Part shown: one piece after another, positions 8,010 to 16,698 of the stretch
Layout: every line of letters begins with the position of its first letter
Numbering within the stretch: position 1 is the stretch's first letter
Assembly: GCA_964400115.1 (NCBI GenBank)
Contig: CAYNUX010000001.1
Coordinates: forward strand, 2,481 to 40,425
Length of the DNA stretch: 37,945 nucleotides
Direction of reading: 5' to 3'
Source: an uncultured Cytophagia bacterium
GTDB lineage: Bacteria > Zhuqueibacterota > Zhuqueibacteria > Residuimicrobiales > Oceaniaggregativiventaceae
Position numbers and translations under genes: made by a program
The notes under the pieces: generated by a model
The model's input: the letters and a program-made list of their open reading frames with translations, nothing else
What the model was told of the DNA's origin: nothing
The model's database searches: none

Positions 8010-8338
8010 CGGATATCCCGGTTGGCCATGCGTAAACCATCTTCAGCCAGGTCTTCATTCAGCGCCAAAACACGAGTCATAGTTCGTGAAAGCTGCCTGA
8101 CCTCCAGAGTACGATAGCGATCACCCCCATGAGTTAGAAAGACCTGACGTTTGTGTTTGAGTCGTCGAAAAACCGACAAAGGGGTGATACGATCTCGATC
8201 CCGCTGAAAAGCGGTTCGATATTCGTGTTGATCCTCTGGAAATTGCCGGGTATTCATCCCCTCGCTACGCCTGGCAGCAAATGGCGACAACGTCTTTTCT
8301 TCCCAGGACTCTAAATTTTTTCGATCTTGGCTCAACAC
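8006..8338 (-). pseudogene. remnant of a dGTPase-family (HD-domain dNTP triphosphohydrolase) gene: N-terminal ~110 aa only, catalytic residues lost
   Basis: [29 protein letters not shown] matches the family N-terminus. The RLTHS segment is missing, and the expected AHD(L/I)GH reads ANRDIR followed by a stop. GTG start. The TGA overlaps the EcfA ATG (ATGA). Confidence 0.6.
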
Positions 8339-8347
8339 AGTCTCCGG

Positions 8348-9142
8348 CTATAGAGGAGCGGTTTGCAGTTGCTTGTCAATAAAAAAGCTTTGATTTTTAA
8401 AGCCGATCTTTCTCAAAAGTTCCATCCCCCGGTGCAAGTCAGCAGCCACATCGTCAGGCTGATGAGCATCGCTACCCAGCATGACCGGCACTTGCAGATC
8501 TTTTGCCATTTCCAGAATTTCAGCGGACGGATAAAGTTCTGCGACCGGCTTTCGCCAGCCGGATGTATTGACGTCAATGGCACAAGAACTGTCCCGAATC
8601 GTTACCAGTGTATCATAAATCAATTGTTCCATGTTTTGGGTGGGCCGATGCCCATATTTTTTGGGTTGATCCAAATGTCCGATGACCTGATACAAGCCGG
8701 ACTGAGCAGCGAGAGCTGACAATTCATAATTTCGTTGAAAGGTAAGATCAATTCCAAATTCATCATATCGATGCATCATAATCGGATTTGAATAGTCCCA
8801 CTCGTCAATAAAATGAACAGAGCCTATCACATAATCAAATGGGTGGTCGTTCACAAATGTCGAAATAAAATCCATATATCCTGGTAAATAATCGGCTTCG
8901 ATAGCCATGAGAACTTTAATATCATTACGATATTTTTCTTTTGCCTTTGCAACGTCATTTACATAGACAGAAAAATCTTTCAGTTCCATTCGACCATCAG
9001 GATCATCCAGACCGGGAATGGGAATATGCTCGGAGAAACCTATATAATCAAGGTCTTTTTTAATAGCATCTTTTACATAATCATCTACCGTACCCTTGCC
9101 ATGTTTGCAGAGATAGGTATGCACATGAAAATCACCCAGCAT
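8348..9142 (-). CDS. histidinol-phosphatase, PHP (HisJ/HisK) family
   Basis: N-terminal DFHVHT...GFSEHIP and later GSVHF and GSDAH motifs typical of PHP histidinol phosphatases. 264 aa. Confidence 0.75.
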   Translation of the reverse strand: MLGDFHVHTYLCKHGKGTVDDYVKDAIKKDLDYIGFSEHIPIPGLDDPDGRMELKDFSVYVNDVAKAKEKYRNDIKVLMAIEADYLPGYMDFISTFVNDHPFDYVIGSVHFIDEWDYSNPIMMHRYDEFGIDLTFQRNYELSALAAQSGLYQVIGHLDQPKKYGHRPTQNMEQLIYDTLVTIRDSSCAIDVNTSGWRKPVAELYPSAEILEMAKDLQVPVMLGSDAHQPDDVAADLHRGMELLRKIGFKNQSFFIDKQLQTAPL

Positions 9143-9148
9143 ATCGCC

Positions 9149-9497
9149 TCACTCTTTTATTTCGTTCAATATCTCTTCAATTTTATCCAAACGGCTGGAA
9201 GTAGAATTCTTTTTGCGTGTCACTTGTATCAACAGCTTTCCTAACGACTTGTAAATAGGCAAATATTCCGGATAATAGACCTCCATTGCCTGAACGTGCT
9301 TACATACCGTACCCACATCTCCTCTCGATATCGGTCCTGTTAGAGCCTGAGCAGGACCATTTTGGCTGATATTCTCCACGGTTGCAGAAACCAGCGGCTG
9401 TAAAAGCTTTACTGCTTGGCCCTGCTTCACGGCAGGCAATCGCCAGACTCATCCCCAGACGTCCGATACCTATTACGGCAATTTTTTCTTGCTGCAT
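9149..9497 (-). pseudogene. remnant of a Rossmann-like/DUF2520 protein gene: N-terminal ~26 aa joined out of frame to the C-terminal ~90 aa
   Basis: Frame A reads MQQEKIAVIGIGRLGMSLAIACREAG (dinucleotide-binding G-x-G-x-x-G start). Frame B reads ...LLQPLVSATVENISQNGPAQALTGPISRGDVGTVCKHVQAM (the DUF2520 C-terminal signature LTGPI.RGD). The expected ~150-170 central residues are absent. Confidence 0.55.
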
Positions 9498-10354
9498 GAT
9501 TCCCCCGACTTGGGGTCTTTGGTCACAACAAAAGAAGCATATCCCACTGTCCTCCCATTATATTGCCCTGTTATATCCGCAGAATTTGTTCGATCTATAC
9601 ACCGGGTGTGACAATTTCCCATTGCGCTCGCAGCAAATTGCAGAGCTGCAATGGGCCCGGCCCCGCAGGCTTGGGCGACTTGATTGCGGATATCCTCGAG
9701 GAATTCTTCCGGGTTGTCCGCTTCGATGCTTTTGATGGTGTTGGTATCGACTTTTACACACTCTTTGTAAGAATAGCCGTGATAAAGATCAGAGCTGGAG
9801 ATAATCAAACAATTTTTCTCCCGCAGAGCACGGGTAAGCGAAAGTCCCAAACTCTGACATACCGCTGTAGAATAATCGTGAAAAACAATCGGAAGAATCT
9901 CGAATTCATCAAGCGCAACCTGCAAGAAGGGCAGTTGTACTTCAAGACTATGTTCTGCTCTGGGTCCCTCTGTTCGATGGCCGAATTCAGTAATATGAAT
10001 AATATCATCAGCTTCTTGTACAAGACTCGCCAATTGATGATCTACCGACACTTTACCCAATGGTGTTTCATAATAATCTCCGCTAAAAATGGATACACCT
10101 GGAAATGCCTCTGCATGACTTGGAGCCAGAACGATTATCGTATCAAACTCTTTATTCGCGATTTGCCGATAGGCACTTGCCGCTGTTTCGCCTGAAAATT
10201 CGTAACCGGCATGCGGAGCGATCAACCCGAATACAGGACTGCTTTGTGCTTTGCTTTCATCAGCCTGTAGATATTTTGTGATCATTGTTTCGAGCTTTTT
10301 GGAATCAGCCGGATAAAATTGTCCGGCCCAGGCCATAAGACGACCGTCAGACAT
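9473..10354 (-). CDS. Memo-like protein (AmmeMemoRadiSam system protein B family)
   Basis: AGQFYPAD...GLIAPHAGYEFSG...VLAPSH and C-terminal ACGAGPIAA...VGYASF. I chose ATG 10354 as the start because GGGAGGAG lies 6 nt upstream; the longer ORF to 10468 looks like an extension. Confidence 0.75.
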   Translation of the reverse strand: MSDGRLMAWAGQFYPADSKKLETMITKYLQADESKAQSSPVFGLIAPHAGYEFSGETAASAYRQIANKEFDTIIVLAPSHAEAFPGVSIFSGDYYETPLGKVSVDHQLASLVQEADDIIHITEFGHRTEGPRAEHSLEVQLPFLQVALDEFEILPIVFHDYSTAVCQSLGLSLTRALREKNCLIISSSDLYHGYSYKECVKVDTNTIKSIEADNPEEFLEDIRNQVAQACGAGPIAALQFAASAMGNCHTRCIDRTNSADITGQYNGRTVGYASFVVTKDPKSGESCSKKKLP

Positions 10355-10484
10355 ATTGCGCTCCTCCCTTGTTACCGTATTTAACGATATAACTCTTTTC
10401 TGGATTCCTTTCTTATTTTGCTGGAATTTTGTTGGTATTTTATATTGTAATTTGTTACTTTTTGCCAAACATTACAAGGAGTTT

Positions 10485-11768
10485 ATGGAACAAAAGACAA
10501 AAAAACAAAGAAAACGCTGCCACGATTGTAGCACCTTTATCGACCACGGAAAAGAACGATTCTTCCTGGGCAGAGCATTTTGCAGCCGCAGATGCCTTCT
10601 GAGGGCGATTCGCAGCGAATTAAAGACATTTTTGCCGGGATTTCTGTCCAGCCGCAAAATTTCTTTATTTATTTTACTCCAGATTATCAATTTTATCGTT
10701 CTGATATTTTTAGTCATTGGATATATTCAATTGTTGCATCGTTCTCCAACGCCTGTGACCGCTGTTGACCAGCCATTGATCCGTGATGATAGTCTTAGAC
10801 TGGCTGTAGAGCCCCCGGCGGCAATGGTTCTTAAAAGTGTTCTGGACATCCAGGGAGAGGCAAATGATGGAATCATTCTGAGTCTGATTGTAAATAATCA
10901 ACTGGAGCAGGTGACCCTGGCCCGTGATGGAAAATTTCAATTTTCCGGAATCAACCTCGATCAAGGTGACAATAAATTGCTTGTCAAAGGGTTAGACCAA
11001 AATGGTGATGTGGTTTTGATACAACATCTCAGTACCCGTTACGGTTCTCCGACCATTCGCTATCTGTCTCGCGATTTTACCCGTGGAAATCGCTCAAAAC
11101 CCTTTATCGCTCTGACCTTCGATGGAGGAGCAGGAAATGGTGCTGCTGAAAAGATTCTGGATATTTTAAAGGAAAAAGAGATCCGGTGCACCATGTTTCT
11201 CACCGGCGCATTTATTCAACGCTACCCGGAAATGGTCAAAAAAATGGTCAGAGAAGGGCATGAGATCGGAAACCATACCTGGAGTCACCCGCATCTGACC
11301 ACATTTGCAGATAATCGGCAGCATAATACCGTTAAAGGGATAACAAGAGAAGAATTTCAAAGCGAGCTTTTAAAAACCGAACAAGCATTTTTAGAAATCA
11401 CAGGTAACCCCATGACAAAATTCTGGCGCGCCCCTTTTGGTGAACACAATTTGGAAATCAGACAATGGGCTGCCGAACTGGGTTATCGTCAAATTGGCTG
11501 GACCCTGGGAAAGGGTGAAACCCTGGATACCATGGATTGGGTCGCAGATACCAGTCATGCAGCTTATCATACAGGAGCCGAAATTTTGAATAAAATCCTG
11601 CATTTCGGCATGGATGACAGTACTCACGTCAATGGTGGAATAATTCTGATGCATCTGGATACCCAACGAAATAAAGATCAGGTTCATCACTTGCTGCCCG
11701 CAATGATCGACAGTTTGCATCAAAGAGAATATAAATTTGTCAAAATATCAGATATGCTCACAAGATGA
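10485..11768 (+). CDS. membrane-anchored polysaccharide deacetylase (NodB domain) with N-terminal TRASH/FCS-type zinc ribbon
   Basis: AAGGAG lies upstream of ATG 10485. CHDC-x17-CSRRC zinc-ribbon motif, one TM segment, and NodB motifs ALTFDGG and HEIGNHTWSHP. Confidence 0.75.
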   Translation: MEQKTKKQRKRCHDCSTFIDHGKERFFLGRAFCSRRCLLRAIRSELKTFLPGFLSSRKISLFILLQIINFIVLIFLVIGYIQLLHRSPTPVTAVDQPLIRDDSLRLAVEPPAAMVLKSVLDIQGEANDGIILSLIVNNQLEQVTLARDGKFQFSGINLDQGDNKLLVKGLDQNGDVVLIQHLSTRYGSPTIRYLSRDFTRGNRSKPFIALTFDGGAGNGAAEKILDILKEKEIRCTMFLTGAFIQRYPEMVKKMVREGHEIGNHTWSHPHLTTFADNRQHNTVKGITREEFQSELLKTEQAFLEITGNPMTKFWRAPFGEHNLEIRQWAAELGYRQIGWTLGKGETLDTMDWVADTSHAAYHTGAEILNKILHFGMDDSTHVNGGIILMHLDTQRNKDQVHHLLPAMIDSLHQREYKFVKISDMLTR

Positions 11769-11778
11769 GAATTATGCA

Positions 11779-12339
11779 ATGTCTATAGATTTCGACTCGT
11801 TTTTCGACCTCGTTCGAACCCGCCGCAGTATCCGACGTTTTGAGGATCACAGTGTGGATCGGGAAATCATAAAGGACTGTATCGAATGGGCCAGAATGGC
11901 ACCCTCTGCAGAGAATTCACAGCCATGGAGATTTATCGTATTGGATGAACCTGAAATCCGGTTAAAAACAGGGGAAAAGGCATTCCCCCACGTATTTCGG
12001 GCCAGCCGCTGGGCTCTCAAAGCCCCTGTTCTTATTGTACTGTGCGCGCACCTCGATTTTATCGCCAACCGAATGGGTAAACTCTTTACTGGAATTCCCT
12101 ATTACCTTATCGATGTAGGGATAGCTGGCGAACATTTTTCATTGGCAGCGCATGGGCATGGTTTGGGATCGTGCTGGGTCGGATGGTTTAGTCCCAAAGG
12201 CGTAAAGCAAGCACTTGATTTGCCAGGAGCTTTGCGACCCATTGCACTATTTGCTGTAGGCTATCCGGCTCAGGAGCTCGACCCGGTAAAAAAACGCAAA
12301 CCGTTGGAAGAAATTTGTCAATTCAATAAAGAGCAATGA
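11779..12339 (+). CDS. nitroreductase family protein
   Basis: RRSIRRF and PSAENSQPWRF motifs. About 186 aa counted from ATG 11779. Confidence 0.75.
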   Translation: MSIDFDSFFDLVRTRRSIRRFEDHSVDREIIKDCIEWARMAPSAENSQPWRFIVLDEPEIRLKTGEKAFPHVFRASRWALKAPVLIVLCAHLDFIANRMGKLFTGIPYYLIDVGIAGEHFSLAAHGHGLGSCWVGWFSPKGVKQALDLPGALRPIALFAVGYPAQELDPVKKRKPLEEICQFNKEQ

Positions 12340-12530
12340 TGGATTTTCCTCAACTCTATTCAGGGAAATTAATAAAGCGTTATAAACGGTTTTTGGCTGA
12401 TATTGTGCTGGAAAATAGCAAAGCTCTCAAAGAGGCTCATACACGGGGTGTGGAAATATTGGTTTATCAAAGTACAATCACACCCCATGCAATTAACATA
12501 AATAAAAAACTCGATTTCACACTCGCCTGA
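12336..12530 (+). pseudogene. sfsA: SfsA (sugar fermentation stimulation protein) stub: N-terminal ~27 aa fused in frame to the C-terminal ~35 aa
   Basis: MMDFPQLYSGKLIKRYKRFLADIVLEN matches the SfsA N-terminus (RYKRFLADV). ...EAHTRGVEILVYQSTITPHAININKKLDFTL matches the SfsA C-terminus (RGVEILAY...). Total length is 64 aa versus about 235 aa. ATGA overlap with the upstream stop. Confidence 0.6.
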
Positions 12531-12541
12531 ATAGGGGACAC

Positions 12542-14278
12542 ATGAATATAATTGGCATCAGCGATATGACCGGTAACCATAGTCATAGTTGTGCGGTTTT
12601 ATTGCAGGATGGTAAACTCTTATTTGCCCTGTCAAAAGAGAGAATGAGTCGAATTAAAAACGATCATCGTTTTCCACTTGATGTCGTTGAAACATTATTA
12701 TCTTTCACGCAACAAAGTCCGTGGGATATTGACCAGATCGTTTGTCCCTACCCGCCTCCCTTATATTATCGTAGCTTGTTCGGCAATCATTGGCTCGATC
12801 TTCCCCGATCCTTGACGCATACTGCCCTCTTGGCACCATTTTCATTGACAAAAACCCTGATCCCCAATTTACGAAAAAGTCTTTTTGACCCCAACAAAGA
12901 TCACGACTTGCAAAAAGTGGGGATCGCATTAAAACCGCTTTATATCGATCATCACAAAGCTCATGTTGCGGCCGCATATGCCGAGAGTCAGTTCGATGAC
13001 TGTCTTGGAATCAGCTGGGGAGGATTTGCCCCCCACCTCGATGGAAAGAATGTAGCCGGAGCAGTTTATCGTTGTCAGGGAGAAAAGATTTCATTTCTAA
13101 AAGATATTCCCATGCCTGCTACAGGATGCACCTATTCCGGGATCACGGTCAGCCTCGGGTACAAGTATATGCAACAGGAAGGCAAGGTCACTGCACTGGC
13201 AACTCTCGGAAACCCGAAAACGGCCCAGGAGGAGCTTTGTTCCGTTATGACCCGTTTTTCTGATGGAAAATGGCAGCCTTATCGGTTCTGGGTGGATTAT
13301 ATCATGTCCCCGCGTTCAGCTGTATTCCTAAAAACACGTACAGCAAGGAAACTCGAAAAATGGAAAAATCAATATACCCCCCAGGACATTGCAGCGGCAG
13401 CCCAGGAGGTGTGGTCAGAAACGGTCATAAATGCGCTCCGTCATTTTTGTCAGAAATATAAATGTTCGAAATTGGCTCTGGCAGGGGGAACTTTTTTGAA
13501 TCATGCGATCAATCAAAAGCTTTTGCAGCAAAAGGAGGTCGATGAAATATTTATCCATCCCCACACAGGAGATGGCTCAACACCTATCGGCGCGGCGCTG
13601 TTGTACGAGCAATCCATAACAGGCAGACTGGCCCGATTCAACCATTTCGATACCGCCTGGGGTTGCGAATTCAGCGAGGTTGAAATAGAGTCAGCGCTCC
13701 AAAGAAATCAAGAATCGCTCGTCATCCATTCTTTGACAGATCCTATCGAATTCGCTGCAAACCGGGTCGCCTGGGGTGAGGTCATTGGTTGGTATCAAGG
13801 ACGTGATGAATATGGACCCAGAGCCATGGGCTCACGATCGATTCTCGCTGATCCACGATTAGCCGATCATCGAAAAAAAATCAATGGTGATATCAAGCAA
13901 AGAGAACCCTATCTACCTCTGGGCATATCGATTCTCAAAGAGCAAGCAAATATCTATCTGCGGGATTATTCGGCCGATCCTTTTATGACCAGATTATATT
14001 CTATGAATGATGCCGCCCAGAGAGTACTATTAGCGGCCGGTGATAATACTCATCGCGTCAGAGCAGGCGCTGTCTGGCCTTGCAATAAACCTTTCCGCAA
14101 ATTGCTGGAAAAATTCTACATGTTAACAGGAATTCCCTGTATGTTGCATAGCAGTATGAACCGTCACGGCGAACCGCTTGTACATACACCTAATGATGCG
14201 GTTCAATTTCTTTTGAATAGTGACTTGGACCGTTTAATTATGGGGACATTTAGTCTAAAACGCAAACACAAAGGATGA
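12542..14278 (+). CDS. carbamoyltransferase (NodU/CmcH family)
   Basis: N-terminal IIGIS...LLQDGKLLFALSKERMSRIKNDHRFP, the DHHKAHVAAAY motif and a C-terminal carbamoyltransferase region. 578 aa. Confidence 0.75.
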   Translation: MNIIGISDMTGNHSHSCAVLLQDGKLLFALSKERMSRIKNDHRFPLDVVETLLSFTQQSPWDIDQIVCPYPPPLYYRSLFGNHWLDLPRSLTHTALLAPFSLTKTLIPNLRKSLFDPNKDHDLQKVGIALKPLYIDHHKAHVAAAYAESQFDDCLGISWGGFAPHLDGKNVAGAVYRCQGEKISFLKDIPMPATGCTYSGITVSLGYKYMQQEGKVTALATLGNPKTAQEELCSVMTRFSDGKWQPYRFWVDYIMSPRSAVFLKTRTARKLEKWKNQYTPQDIAAAAQEVWSETVINALRHFCQKYKCSKLALAGGTFLNHAINQKLLQQKEVDEIFIHPHTGDGSTPIGAALLYEQSITGRLARFNHFDTAWGCEFSEVEIESALQRNQESLVIHSLTDPIEFAANRVAWGEVIGWYQGRDEYGPRAMGSRSILADPRLADHRKKINGDIKQREPYLPLGISILKEQANIYLRDYSADPFMTRLYSMNDAAQRVLLAAGDNTHRVRAGAVWPCNKPFRKLLEKFYMLTGIPCMLHSSMNRHGEPLVHTPNDAVQFLLNSDLDRLIMGTFSLKRKHKG

Positions 14279-14281
14279 TAT

Positions 14282-15274
14282 ATGATTATCCGAACTCGTG
14301 CTTATGCTAGAGCAGGCCTTGCCGGAAATCCCTCTGATGGGTACTTTGGCAAGACAATCTCTGTAACCATTCGAAACTATTATGCCGAAGTAACCATGTA
14401 TGAAACACCGGATCTTGAAATCCTCCCGAATGAACGCGATCATTCTTATTTTGAAAACCTCAATCATTTGGTCAAAGATGTACAACTACATGGATATTAT
14501 GGCGGTATCAGACTTATTAAAGCAGCAGCTAAAAAATTTCATGAATATTGTGCCCAAAAGGGCATTGTTTTGTCCAACAAAAATTTTACGGTACGATATA
14601 ATTCAAATATACCCGTACAGGTGGGAATGGCCGGCTCCAGTGGCATTGTCACCGCTACCCTGCGCGCGCTCATGACATTTTACGGTGTCGAGATTCCCAA
14701 ACCCATGCTGCCGAATCTTATCCTGAGCGTCGAAACCGAAGAGCTCGGCATTTCTGCCGGATTACAAGACCGGGTGGTACAGGTTTATGATGGAATGGTA
14801 TTTATGAATTTCGACAAGAAACTGATGCAGACCCAGGGACATGGTGATTACGAGTGTCTAGATATCAACTTGCTGCCCAATATATATCTGGCTTATATCA
14901 GTGATTTGAGCGAAATATCCGGAATAGCACACGGCAATTTGCGCGGCCGATTCGAGGCTGGCGATCCTCACGTGGTGGAAGCTATGAAATTTTTCGCCAA
15001 TTGTGCTGAAGAAGCCAAAGAAGTTATGCTGAACCACCAGCCGGAAAAGCTTGGCGCCATTATGAATGCCAACTTTGACAAACGACGGGAAATCTTTCCC
15101 ATAAGCCGAAAAAACCTGGAAATGATCGACCTGGCAAGATCTTGTGGAGCCAGTGCAAAATTTTCCGGCAGCGGAGGAGCTATCGTCGGAACATATGAAG
15201 ATGAGGCAATGTTCAAACGCTTGAAAGAAACTCTTGATGAAATCGGGGCTGTCGTCATAAAGCCGGATTTCTAA
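14282..15274 (+). CDS. GHMP kinase, glucuronokinase-like sugar-1-kinase
   Basis: RAYARAGLAGNPSDGYFGKTIS, GYYGGIRLI, GHMP motif GMAGSSGIV, GLQDRVVQVY and KFSGSGGAIV. From memory these resemble plant glucuronokinase. Confidence 0.65.
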   Translation: MIIRTRAYARAGLAGNPSDGYFGKTISVTIRNYYAEVTMYETPDLEILPNERDHSYFENLNHLVKDVQLHGYYGGIRLIKAAAKKFHEYCAQKGIVLSNKNFTVRYNSNIPVQVGMAGSSGIVTATLRALMTFYGVEIPKPMLPNLILSVETEELGISAGLQDRVVQVYDGMVFMNFDKKLMQTQGHGDYECLDINLLPNIYLAYISDLSEISGIAHGNLRGRFEAGDPHVVEAMKFFANCAEEAKEVMLNHQPEKLGAIMNANFDKRREIFPISRKNLEMIDLARSCGASAKFSGSGGAIVGTYEDEAMFKRLKETLDEIGAVVIKPDF

Positions 15275-15295
15275 TCATCGAAACTGATCATACAA

Positions 15296-15326
15296 AAAGA
15301 GGAGAGAATGTCTCCTCTTTTTTTTG
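15296..15326 (+). terminator. rho-independent terminator after the GHMP kinase gene
   Basis: Perfect 10-bp stem aaagaggaga / tctcctcttt with loop gaatg, running into a T-tract. Confidence 0.8.
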
Positions 15327-15363
15327 AACCCTTTGCTGCCTTAACGTTGAATTTTGCCCGGAA

Positions 15364-16437
15364 ATGATGACACCCAACACAATAAAACGCTATCAAAAAA
15401 AACTACTAGAGTGGTTTGACAAGGAATTGCGCGATCTGCCCTGGCGCAAAACAAATGATCCGTATGCCATCTGGATCTCGGAAATCATGTTACAACAGAC
15501 ACAGGTAAAAACCGTTATCCCCTATTATCACCGATTTATGGAACAATTCCCCGATGTCTATACCCTGGCCTATGCTGATTTGCATCAGGTATTGAAACTT
15601 TGGGAGGGATTAGGCTATTATGCCCGTGCCCGTAATCTCCACAAGGCAGCAAATGTGATTGTGGACAAACACAAAGGAAACTTTCCCACATCCACAGAGG
15701 AAATCAAGGCTTTACCTGGAATTGGACCCTATACTGCTGCTGCGATCTCTAGTATCTCTTTTGGCTCTGAACTGGCAGTGATCGATGGAAATGTAGAACG
15801 GGTTTTAGCCAGATTGTTTACCATGCCCACCAAAAGTCCGGCAGAACAAAAAGAAACAAAAGCATTGGCTGAAAAATTGCTTGCACGACAACGACCGGGT
15901 GATTATAATCAGGCCATCATGGAACTTGGATCTCTGATTTGTAAACCCAGAAAGCCGCTTTGCGAAAAATGCCCCATCTCTGAGTTCTGTTTGGCCTTAA
16001 AACATTCAAAACAAGCCAGCTACCCGATAAAACACCCCGTAAAACCCCGTCCCCATCATCTGATCGTTGTGGGAATTGTCTGGTATCATGGAAAGATATT
16101 GATCACTCGGCGACCCGAAAACGTCATGCTGGGCGGCTTGTGGGAATTTCCCGGGGGCAAGGTCAAAGAAAAAGAATCACTGGAACAAGCTGTGCAGCGC
16201 GAAATTCAGGAAGAAATGGGGGTCGAGGTTCAGGTAGGGGAAAAGATCGCATGTATCAAACACGGTTATACCCATTTCAAGATTACCTTGTGCGCTTTTC
16301 ATTGTGAGTATCTTTCGGGTAAAATTCAGGCGCTCGCCAGTAGCGAATGGAAATGGATTTCACTTGAAGAAATAAAACATTATGCCTTTCCCCGCGCCAA
16401 CCACAAACTTTTCAATGTGCTTACCAGGCCGGAATAA
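15364..16437 (+). CDS. mutY: A/G-specific adenine DNA glycosylase MutY
   Basis: WISEIMLQQTQV, HhH LPGIGPYTAAAI, Fe-S cluster C-x6-C-x2-C-x5-C (CKPRKPLCEKCPISEFC) and a NUDIX-like C-terminal domain. Confidence 0.85.
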   Translation: MMTPNTIKRYQKKLLEWFDKELRDLPWRKTNDPYAIWISEIMLQQTQVKTVIPYYHRFMEQFPDVYTLAYADLHQVLKLWEGLGYYARARNLHKAANVIVDKHKGNFPTSTEEIKALPGIGPYTAAAISSISFGSELAVIDGNVERVLARLFTMPTKSPAEQKETKALAEKLLARQRPGDYNQAIMELGSLICKPRKPLCEKCPISEFCLALKHSKQASYPIKHPVKPRPHHLIVVGIVWYHGKILITRRPENVMLGGLWEFPGGKVKEKESLEQAVQREIQEEMGVEVQVGEKIACIKHGYTHFKITLCAFHCEYLSGKIQALASSEWKWISLEEIKHYAFPRANHKLFNVLTRPE

Positions 16438-16698
16438 CCAAAGCAACGCTATCCAACAGAGATCGCAATGAAAAAAAGCGCAGAGAAAGATAAATTTCAC
16501 AGACGAGTACATACCTCTTTCCTTCGTGATCTCTGCGTTGATCTATTTTTCTATTTTGGACAAGAGTGATTGAAAGATTAAAATAGCCAAAAGGTCTAAC
16601 TGGAGATACACAGCTGTTATCCGTCTGGATTTTTTAGCGTTCAGTGCTTGAGTTTTTTCAAAAGGGTTTGTACATTAAGCAAATGAAAGGACTCAAAG

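Noticed and set aside
10356-10484. N-terminal extensions suggested by the ORF track (10356 for the deacetylase, 10468 for Memo, 19488 for the response regulator, 21055 for HU, 30663 for PiT, 23127 for DUF6807)
   Set aside because: In each case an internal ATG or GTG preceded by a Shine-Dalgarno-like sequence gives a family-typical N-terminus. The extension either overlaps the neighbouring gene or promoter or translates to non-protein-like sequence.
16468-16569. 33-aa ORF (MKKSAEKDKFHRRVHTSFLRDLCVDLFFYFGQE) in the mutY-GT9 gap
   Set aside because: No convincing Shine-Dalgarno sequence and no recognisable family. It coincides with the hairpin-forming sequence, so an RNA-structure or terminator explanation is simpler.
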